Positions 38,060 through 48,252 of a stretch of DNA of 64,000 nt are shown here, in pieces. Under the pieces are notes generated by a model that searched no databases, was not told where the DNA came from, and saw nothing but the letters and a program-made list of their open reading frames with translations. The stretch covers positions 35,983,991 to 36,047,990 of the forward strand of contig NC_068985.1 of the NCBI RefSeq assembly GCF_001194135.2, written 5' to 3'. The number at the start of each line of letters is the position of its first letter. Positions within the stretch are counted from its first letter, which is position 1. The stretch comes from Octopus bimaculoides. Its lineage: Eukaryota. The translations under genes were made by a program, and so were the position numbers.

Positions 38060-40100
38060 TATGGGTGCTTTTATGCGCCACCAGCACAGGTGCCAGTTGC
38101 ATGACACCAGTATCTGCCACAACTACAATTTCACTTGGTCTGATAGGTCTTCTCAAGCATAGCATAATGCCAAAGGTCTCAGTCATTTGTCATTGACTCC
38201 ATGAGGTTCCATGCTCGACATGTGCTTTTTACATGTCACCGGCACAGGTGCCAGGTACACAACACTGGCATTGGCCACAATGCCTCCGTGAGGTCTAACA
38301 CTCAAAAGGTGCATGACATTGGCATCAGCCATTACTACAATTCACTTAGCTTGACGGGTCTTCTCAAGCACAGCATATCGCCAAAAGTCTTGGTCACTAT
38401 TCATTGCCTCCGTGAGGAATAACATTCGAAGATCATGCTTCACCATCTCATCCCATGTCTTCCTGAGTCTAGCTCTTCCACAGGTTCCCTCCACAGTTAG
38501 AGACCGGCACTTCTTTACACAACTGTCTTCGTCCATATGCATCACATGACCATACCAGTGCAGTCATCTCTCTTACACACCATATTTGATGCCCTTTGTT
38601 GCCAACAGAGGTAGGAGCTCTTTGAACTTTGCCCAACCTATTCTGATTCTTGTAGCTATGCTCTCAGAGCATCTACCTTTGCTACTGACTTGGTCACCTA
38701 GATAATGGAGGCTATCAACTACCTCTAGCTTACCCACCTGGCACTTGATGGAGTCTGTTTTATGTACATTTTTAGTGTTTATTGTACCTGTGTACCATTC
38801 AACACAAAACTTATTTTCTCAGTTAACCTCCCTATGATATTGATGCACCTCTTATGTGTTGATAGCTTACACCAGTTACGTCTTATGGAATTTCTGCTGA
38901 CACCTTTCCTACCAATCGAGTAGAGCCATCTACCTGAAGGAATCTGTGATTTGTCTACCTTCCTACTTACTAAGACTTTGGTTTTTGCTAGGTTAACTTT
39001 CGATTCTAAACCTTGCTTTCACACCTGAAACTTCTCCCCTAGTTATGATAGTGATTCAGTTATAAGAACAAGGTCATCAGTGTAGAGGAGCTCCCAGGGC
39101 AGCCCATCTTAAATTCCTCTGTTATTGCTTGGAGGACTATGATAAACAAGAGGGGGCTGAGGACTGATCCCTGGTGAACCCCTATATGTACCCTGAATTC
39201 AATGCTATACTCACATTACTGACAGTATAGCTTGTACAGCTCTCACCAATAATTCATCTATCCCTAGTTTCTGCATTGACCATCAGATAAGGGATCAAGG
39301 GACCCTGTCAAAGGCTTTCTCCATGTGAACAAAAGCCAAGTACAGAGGTTTGTCTTTGGCTAGGCATTTCTCCTGCCACTGCCTTACCAGAAATATAGCA
39401 TCAGTGGTGTTCTCCCTGGCACAAAACCAAACTGCATCTCATCTACACTAACCTTGTCCCTAATTAGTTGGGTTATGACCCTCTCTGTAACTCTCAACAC
39501 CTGATCCAACAATCTGATAATTCTGTAATTATTTCTATCTAAGGCATCACCTTTACCTTTGTAGCATTTGACTGTGATGCTGCTACACCAGTCATTGAGT
39601 ATGACTCCTCCATGTACAACCTGATTAACTATATGGGTGACTAAATCATAAACCACACCACCAAATATTTTAAGCATCTCAATGGTTATTCCAGATGGAC
39701 CAGGGGCTTTTCCCATCTTCATATTCTTTATGACTTAGTCTACCATGCTATTGTCTATTTGGATAGTTGGTCCCTCTGTTGGATCCTCACTAGGCAGACT
39801 CTCCCTCTCTTATGAGTTCTCTACATTTAGTAGCCTTTTATAGTGGCACTTCCAAGCTTCCTTCTTTGCAGGGTTACTAACTGCCAGGGACCCATCATCC
39901 ATGCAAACACATTTCTCTCCTACCACACCACGATTTTCTTTAACACAATGTCTTGCAATCCAAAACACTTCAAGCCTCTGTTCCTCACAACACAGAACAC
40001 TGGCAAACTTCTTCTTCTGTATGTATTAAAAGCTGCTCAAATTCTCTTCTGTTTATTGAGCAAAATTGGTAAAATATACTCATATTTAATGAGTGAGCTT
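38060..40100 (-). mobile_element. Long decayed RTE LINE copy (RT to 3'UTR)
   Basis: Track ORFs 39384-39722 (MKMGKAPGPSGIT...YKGKGDALDRNNYR...QFGFVPGR) and 38342-38545 (...RKTWDEMVKHDL...KTRQAK*). Confidence 0.9.
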
Positions 40101-41054
40101 TGATTACAACTTAAATCTATCACTAAAATATTTTAGAATTGCTCTTTTTAAGAGGATTACAAATCCATGATGACAACCAATCATTGATGGCACCTCATCA
40201 ACTGCATATGAAATAATTTTTGTAAGAGAAATTTTTAATTATTGGAAAATGTATCCACAATGTGTGGATTAGCTCTGTGTTCATTCAACATTCAACCCTA
40301 CCCATTTTGGCAGCCTGCCTCCTGATTCTCCTTCACATACACTCTTGTAAACCATCCACTCACCCACTTCTACTCTCACCTTGTGTGGCCACTTAGGCAC
40401 CTAGGTATTGTTGTAGTTTTGTTGTCATTGTTGTTGTTGTTGTTGGTGGTGGTAACTGTTGAACTTTTTAATATAAGTTACAATTTTACAGCAAATAGCA
40501 ACTCTTCAATAATCTTTTGATTTGTCTTGGTGTAGCACACAAAAACAAATAATAAAGCCTTATTACTTGCCTACTTTCTATGTCATTTAGCATTTGATCA
40601 ATTCTAGATGCAACTGAGTTATTACCAAATGGAATCAAAGAAATTATATCAGTTATCAAAGGTAACATAACACTTTACGCAAATGATAAAATAAGGAGTG
40701 CTTCCAACATTTAGTATTGACTTTTGAAATTTTATCAGTTGTAATAAATCTTTTCTCAATTGTTGTTTTATCTTATAAGTAGCTTTTTAATTCTAGAATG
40801 GTTTCCAAATATAATTTTAAATAAATAAAAATGACTTAAATCTTTATGGGCTCTATCTGGATCTTTTGTTTTCAAGTGCTCAGTTGCTCTTAAAGGTTAT
40901 ATTTTTAAACATATTTTCACAAATTAGACATAAGCATTGCTGTGTGGTAAGAGATTTGCTTCCCAGCTACATGGTTCATGGGTCAGTTCTACTGCTCAGG
41001 CCAACCAAAGCCTTGTAGATAGATTTGGTAGACAGAAAACTGAAAGAAGCCCAT

Positions 41055-41111
<57 letters not shown>

Positions 41112-44100
41112 GCTTAGGTAATTATGAAGTAAATATGTCAATGCATAAGAATTGTTTTGTGGCTAGGACTCATGTTACAAAAAGATGGAAAAACAAATGA
41201 AATGACAGCAATCACATTTATTTTACCAATGTTACCAAAAAAAGAAAGTCTCCCCAAATCTGGTTTTCCTTTTTTCTATAAATTTGTTGTTTTGTGTTTA
41301 ATAAATAGAATGTAAAATATAAGTTTTATAAGATCAAAAAACATATTAAGCTGACAGCACTTAACAAGGCAGACAAAAATCCTTCTGAGTAAGGGTAGAT
41401 AACTCTTACATGATTGTTTATTCTTCCTACTAGTTTAACATGAAATATTTTCTTATTGCCAACCTTTAATTTGTCGTTGGCCAGTTGAATGAATTAGATA
41501 TTGATTACCAGCCCGTACTATGTTTAAATTTTACAACTGGCATTTTAACTGCCTTTCTCAACATTGGATTTTTCTATATGTCACAGTTCAAATAAAACTT
41601 AATCGTTTTTTTTTTAATCACAAATCATTGGATGTAGAGGGATTTATTCCTAAAGTGAAATTAAACGTGTATCCTTTGCAACGTGATTCTATTCAGGTTT
41701 TATTATGCACAGGGCAGTTTTTCTTATATAGGGCACTCAGTTTCATTAACACACGCAGTATTGGCAATCTGAATTCAACTCATCCTGTTCATTTGCAATA
41801 TAATGTTATTGAAGTTTTGCTACACATCTAATATTATTACTGCTTTGTTTGGTGCTAACTTATGTGCCCTTCATTAAAATGTATTCAATACAGGAAATAC
41901 TTGTTTGCGAATGGTTCCAGTACATGCGCATTAGCTAGTGTGTATGTGTGTTGCGCGCGCGCACACACCTATATATATACACACACGCAGACACATACAC
42001 ACATATATACTTAACCTTTAGAACCCATAACACGGGTATAATGGTGGCAATGCTGGGCACGCACATCGTAGCAACAGTAAATAGATACAGAATCACTGAG
42101 TACTGCATGTTTTGATCGACTAATCGTTGGTAAATACCAGTACACGTAAATTGTGCTTAATGACAATGTCGAAAGTGTACCATAAATGTTATGACAGCCT
42201 CATCTACCATAAAATATATAATACAATTTCTACATTGTCATTGCTTCTAATCCCTGTCAGAATTTGGTACAAATAGCTCAGGAGCCCAGGCATAGGATCA
42301 AATAGCACGAATAATAGTAACGCGTGCTGAGTGAAAACTTAATAATAAAACGAATGCTAGTATACATGACTTACTCCCTATTGTATTCCTTACTTCATTT
42401 TAATGGGTTAATTAGTTCAAGGGTTATCTCCCCTGTTTTCTTTTTTTATGAACTTGAGCCCTGTCGTTTTACTATTAAGCTTTCATGTAGCGAATATGTC
42501 GGTGTAATTTTACTCGGTTATCCTGAGGTTTTAGTATAGGAGAAAATATGGATAAGTTCAGTCAATTGGATAAACCATTTCATCACGTTGTAATTAATTA
42601 ATATTTCTAGTGCTTATAAATTAAGCTTTTTTGCATTATACCTGGTCATATTTTATAGTTATCTCCCCTGACATCTGTAAAATTTATTTAAAGACGTTTA
42701 TGTATTTGTTTTGCAAGATTCCTGGTGTGAGATGGTGTATTGAAACAGATATTGTTTCGGAATGTTTAGAAAAATAAAGATAAAAATGACCATCCCGAAA
42801 TATAATAAATTTTAAACCTTTATCAGAAAATTGAAGATCCTTTACAAAAAATTAATTAATTGAACCAATGAAGAAAAAATTCAAATTAATCCATTTTTAA
42901 CATTATGCATATTTTAATAATTTACTTGCCTTAGGTACAAAAACCTCTGTTTATAGAATAATTTTAAAGAGCATAATAAAATTAGCGCTATTAATAAACA
43001 AGAGGAGCAATTGCATAAATATGTACACAGCAAAGGGAAATATTCTTGAATCTAAGATAGAGTATCCATTATATCAATTACAATAAGTTCTTTCAACATA
43101 TCGCCAGAATAAAACGTTTTCACAGGAAGACAATTCCAAAATTACTTAATCCTTGGCCTAGAACGGGGGTCACCAGTGACTTCTTATACTACCATGGATG
43201 TCACCGGTAATTCAGAAGCAGCCACTCCTTAATTCAACCCACAGTTGACGACCGGGTCAGCAGCCAATTCTGCGACAATTACAGCTACAACAAACACTTT
43301 GACCAGCTCTAAATTTACCCACGTTTCCATATCACTAACTACTAAATCAAAAGAAATTCAATTTATTGCATCTTTAACGACTTCAGATATTGCTTATGAG
43401 AAAAAAGGCGGCGATAATGTATTATTTCAAAAGTGGATAAAACAAATTCTCATACTGGGGGTGGGGATTGAAATTTTAACTGGGGGTGCTGAGCATCCTA
43501 TACCCCCCTCCCACCGTGGCTACGTGCCTGTTCACAAGGGTGATTTTTTTTAATGGTACCTACATTACTCAAATTTAGAAAATTTACAGAATACACATTT
43601 CTTTGTATTTCTTAGATGGTTCGATATGAGAAGGGTGTAAACTAGTTATCTCAATCAACGGAGCACTACCCTCGATAAAACAATTTTTGTGAAAAGACAT
43701 TAAGGCTTATACAATATAACCTTAGATATTTCAACGTGTAACGCCAGTGACTCGTTGTCCCTTGCGAGTCACTGGTGATATCCATGCTTTAAATCAATGT
43801 GATAGTTTATTCAGTGAACTGGAATACACACACACACACACACGTATATATATATATATGTGTGTGTATATTATATGGTTTTTTAAAAAGTGAAAAATAT
43901 GCGTTTCTAATTTATAACAAAATTAGATCGCTAGCGCAAAATGAATTCAATAAGTAAAGAGGTAGAATTTCTTCCACTCACTTGGCGTTTTTGAAATTTT
44001 CAAAATGTGTACTTCTAATGTAGCTTTATATACTGATGACAAAAATCGCATTCATTTTTTTTCTAGAAATTAATAAGAAGTTACGAGCATTTAAAGTTTT

Positions 44101-44816
44101 ATATTTTTAGCCTATCAGCGGCCTCCATTTGGCGATCTATCGTATGCTGATCACCATTGCCATGGAAATGAGCCCAAACCTTTACATGCTCCCTTAATCT
44201 GCTAGAAATAGCAACCAAATCTTCCTGTAACTACATAACTTCTGAAAAAAAAAAAACAAAGGGATGAAACATTGTGCCACAGCACTGTTTAATTCCTCAC
44301 TTGTGGCCGGCTGACTTAAGTCAGTCCCCGCGGATGTAAACTTTTATCGATTTTACAACCCTCGAAAACTGTAAACAAGGTTTAAATACCAAACTTTGTG
44401 TATAAGAAAAGAGAAAGTATACCTAATATTGATCTGTGGGGCCCAATAAGTGTTATGAGAGTCGTAAGTTTGATAAAAGATTACGTCTGTGGCACAATAT
44501 TTACAATTTTCGAGGTTCGCGAATTCAATAAAAGATTACATCCATGGGGATAACTTAAATGTTATTTATAATACTCAACAAGAAGCACTTGGGCATGCCT
44601 GCGACTTTCGTGATGCAATGCAGCATCAGAACAATATATATTTTTTCATAATTAGGTGAAAATTTGTAAAACTTCATGTGATAGAAGAAATTTAGCAAAA
44701 TCTTGTAATCATATATAAAAGAGAATAAAGACAAGGACAGTTCTATATTTGAGAGATGAGGAATTATGTACATTATTTACATTTGACGGATATTTGTCCT
44801 CATCTTGTTTGTTGTT

Positions 44817-44859
44817 AACACATTTCGACTGATATACTCTCCAGCCTTCTTCAGGTGTC
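44817..44859 (-). ncRNA. Family-A hammerhead motif (CUGAAGA core, cleavage site deleted)
   Basis: GACAC-CUGAAGA-A-GGCUG..CAGUC-GAAAUGUGUU. Confidence 0.45.
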
Positions 44860-44872
44860 CTGGGGTCCCTAG

Positions 44873-45214
44873 GACACCTGAAGAAGGCTGGAGAGTATAT
44901 CAGCCGGATCTTGTTCAAAACGGGGGCACCAGTATTTTCTTAACGAACACACGTGTGTTGCCTCTCTGCAAAATGTCAGAAGGAGTAAGTATAAACAGCT
45001 GAATACTTGTCAGTGATTGGTTGAAATTATCGAAATAAGACAATTTTTTACATGAAATAAATTCGAATACAAAAATTTTTTTCTGTTCTATAACACAAAA
45101 TAGATAAGTATACGAAGTTTGAAAGTCTTTCGGTACCAAAAACACTGCATAAAACATAAATGAAAACTGGTGCCCCCGTTTTGAACAAGATCCTATCAGC
45201 CGAAACGTTGTGTT
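44873..45214 (+). ncRNA. Family-A hammerhead motif interrupted by a MITE
   Basis: Removing 44906-45193 and one TSD copy restores GACAC-CUGAAGA-A-GGCUG[10 nt]CAGCC-GAAA-C-GUU^GUGUU, a perfect copy. Confidence 0.6.
44906..45193. mobile_element. 288-bp MITE with perfect 28-bp TIRs and 8-bp TSD (Merlin-like)
   Basis: TIR ggatcttgttcaaaacgggggcaccagt at 44906-33 and 45166-93; TSD tatcagcc at 44898-905 and 45194-201. GG termini with an 8-bp TSD fit Merlin better than hAT (superfamily inferred). Confidence 0.85.
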
Positions 45215-45654
45215 AACAACAAACAACATGAGGACATATATCCGTCAAATGTAAATAATGCAAATAAAGACAAGGACGTTATACATACACACACAAATTT
45301 TAACAAGCACAAAGCCTGAAGTGGTAAAGGAGCTAGTCGATGAAATCAACTTCAGTACTTCGACTCGTACTTTGCTTTATTGACTCAGAGGGTGGAGGAC
45401 GTCAGTATGAGATAAACTTAGTTTCAATCCGGAATGCAATGAACCGAAGAAATACCGACGTTCTTACGATGCTGCAAATTCATCGCCCTTTTGTCATTCC
45501 GGGCATCAAGTCGCAAAATCTGGAGAAGGAATTGGTCAATTAAACCGACTCGTAATTGACTGATACTTCTTTCATAAACTTCGGCAGGATTAAAACTCAG
45601 CACATAAAAATAATAAAGCATAACGACTCGGAGTTTAGTATACCCCCAGCTTTG

Positions 45655-46015
45655 ATACTCTTTTACTTGTTTCAGTCATTTGACTGTGGCCATGCTGGAG
45701 CACCGCCTTTAGTCGAGCAAATCGACCCAGGACTTATTCTTTGTAAGCCTAGTATTCTATCGGTCTCTTTTGACGAAGCGCTAATGTTACGGAGACGTAA
45801 ACACACCAGCATCGGTTGTCAAGCGATGTTGGGAGGACAAACACAGACACACACACACATATATATTATATACATACGACGGGCTTCTTTCAGTTTCCGT
45901 CTACCAAACCCACTCACAAGGCTTTGGTCGGCCCGAGGCTATAGTAGAAGACGCTTGCCCAAGGTGCCACGCAGTGGGACTGAACCCGGAACCATGTGGT
46001 TGGTAAGCAAGCTTC
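45655..46015 (-). mobile_element. tRNA-derived SINE (CpG-rich copy)
   Basis: Reverse complement of the 20876-21318 family with most CpGs retained. Confidence 0.9.
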
Positions 46016-46154
46016 TTTATTTCATAAATATTTGCCATAAAGGCATTACAAAGAGGGGACGAACAAGGACAAACATAAAAGGGGTGAAGTAGCCGTATCG
46101 ATTAAATATTTACAATTTTAAATATACAATCACACAACCACTCCTACGCCTAGA

Positions 46155-46400
46155 TATTCATAACTTTCAGAAAAATAGATGTTTTTTAATGAAATTCTCT
46201 ATGAATATGCATTATATCATGTAGATTCCGAATTTACAAAATTTGGGGAGGAAATATTTTAGGAAGGGTGGGGAATTTTGGAAAATTCACCAGAGTTCAC
46301 TTCAATTGACTTAACTTTCAAGAAAATGGATATTCAGAATATAACACATTTCGTAGAAAATTTCATTAAAAAATATCCATTTTTTAATGAAATCCAAAGT
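46155..46400. repeat. Diverged copy of the ~156-bp repeat unit, downstream of the acylphosphatase
   Basis: ttcataactttcagaaaaatagatgttttttaatgaaatt versus ttcataactttcaggaaaatggatatcttttaatgaaatt at ~48155. Confidence 0.65.
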
Positions 46401-47084
46401 TGGGGGCGGGGTGCAGAAATCTGTAGTTATGCCAGATAATACATAATTATAAAAGTAGTAAAATATCAATATCCAAGATGATCCAGTATTTTACGGAATA
46501 CAGTAATACCTCGCCATATCGCGGTTTATTATTTAAGCTTTCGTCGATTCCTCGGTGGTGGTGTTTCGCATTTATAATAAAAAAAATATTTATACAAATT
46601 ATACACAGATAAATAGAAACAGAGGAAAGTAAAAATGATTTCTGACATAGGTACACATGATCAAGGAAAAAGATGTGTAATGGTCAATGAAGAAATGAAA
46701 AGTCAACTTCAGCTAGATCTGAACTCAGACAGGCTACAACTTTTTGGGGAAAATAATAAGCGATTTATTTGACATAAACACGTGAGTGGTGGTACTTAAT
46801 TTACTGAAAGTGTGAACGGTAAAGTATACCATTTAAAAAGGAAAGCGAAAGACGGTCGACGGGATTTGAACGCAGAGCAGCAAGAGACATAAACAAACAC
46901 CGCAAGGTATTTTGGCAGTTATTTTTAATAAGACTCGATTCCATAAGTTCTTTAAGCAAAAGTTTTCTCCAAATCTACCGAAGGTAATAAAAAACAATAT
47001 GAATTCAATAATAAATTATACATCACATAAATTGAAAGAAAAAAAAAATCAAATGTTTTTGTAAAGATTTTCGATTTCAGGTTA

Positions 47085-47378
47085 TTAACGTATTATTTCA
47101 AATTTTTTGAATTTTAAGGTTGGGATAAAAACTTCTTTGGAAAATTCACATTTTTCGATAGATGAAGAAGGACTCCCTTCTTCTGATAACCACTTTTTCA
47201 TGGGGACGATTTGCTCTCTTGAACCCTGAATGACGCCTTTCACAGTCTTCTGGTTAGTATTCATTACCCAGCCGACTACATTCAATTCTTTCGCTTTAAT
47301 TTGAGTACATTTGCGGAAAAAAACACCTTGGACTTTACCAAAAACTTCGTAGTTCACTGTTACAAATTTTCCAGACAT
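47085..47378 (-). CDS. ACYP: Acylphosphatase (97 aa, single coding exon)
   Basis: VFGKVQGVFFR signature with the catalytic Arg; GWVMN with the catalytic Asn; GSPSS motif; length typical of animal ACYP1/ACYP2. Confidence 0.97.
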   Translation of the reverse strand: MSGKFVTVNYEVFGKVQGVFFRKCTQIKAKELNVVGWVMNTNQKTVKGVIQGSREQIVPMKKWLSEEGSPSSSIEKCEFSKEVFIPTLKFKKFEIIR

Positions 47379-47954
47379 ATTTAAATTTTGAAAAAGGAAA
47401 ATGCAAGCGTTGTGCTATCAGAAAGCGTCATTAACGGTAACAAGGTAACATATATTGCGTCACCGTTATTATAGTCAACTCTGGTAACTCGCCCTTAGAT
47501 TGATATTCTTCAATTAAAAAAGACCTAAAAAGTAGTTCAAGGCGGTAAAATCATGTTACTTGTCTGCTAGAAGTATTTCTTAACGAAAGCACTGTGTAAC
47601 AGAAATCCCGATCTCTTGAAATCCCCTGGATGTGTGCAACAAGGAAAATACGTACATAATGAGTGTGTTTGTAAGATAATGTTCAAATACTCTGTCTACG
47701 CCTTCAGAGGTCTGCTCTGTCAGAACTCATCTGAGGTTTAACAACATAGTGGTTATATTTGTGTATGTTCTTTTGTTTAATTCAGAATAAATTTTGACCG
47801 GCCACTTGGTAAGGTCAATATACAGTTTCAGACTCGTTAACGAAAACAAAACAAAACAAAAAAAAAAAGCCCCAGCCTACTTGATGTAAAAAAAAAATGT
47901 GTAGAAAACGAATATGAAAAAAAAAAAAAATTGCGCAAACGAACGAGGTGGGGG

Positions 47955-48252
47955 CGGAGAGAACTTTCGGAAAATTCACAAGATCCAATTTTCCCTCATA
48001 ACTTTCGGGAAAATGGATATATATTACTGAAATTTTATAGAGATACCGTTCAAATGACGCAAATTACGATTATAAAGAAATTTCTGGGGAAAATGTTTTT
48101 CGAAGGAGTGAGGAGCAGACTGTCGGAAAATTCGCACGATCCGTTTTTCTCCTTCATAACTTTCAGGAAAATGGATATCTTTTAATGAAATTTTACAGAA
48201 ACACCTTTCAAACAACATAGATTACAATTATAAAGAAATTTGTGGAGAAAAA
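47955..48252. repeat. ~156-bp tandem repeat array running into a 942-nt gap
   Basis: cggaaaattc(a/g)ca recurs at 47968 and 48124; the array ends at the N run 48253-49194. Confidence 0.8.

Larger units (their letters stand above)
44739..45262. mobile_element. Miniature Penelope-derived element made only of two inverted pseudo-LTR ends, with 15-bp TSD
   Basis: TSD aataaagacaaggac at 44724-38 and 45263-77; hammerhead motifs at 44817-59 (minus) and 44873-45214 (plus, split by a MITE). Confidence 0.8.

Noticed and set aside
41930-41990. Alternating purine-pyrimidine run including (GC)5, Z-DNA-prone
   Set aside because: Part of a degenerate (CA/TG) microsatellite, common throughout this window; no specific function is supported.
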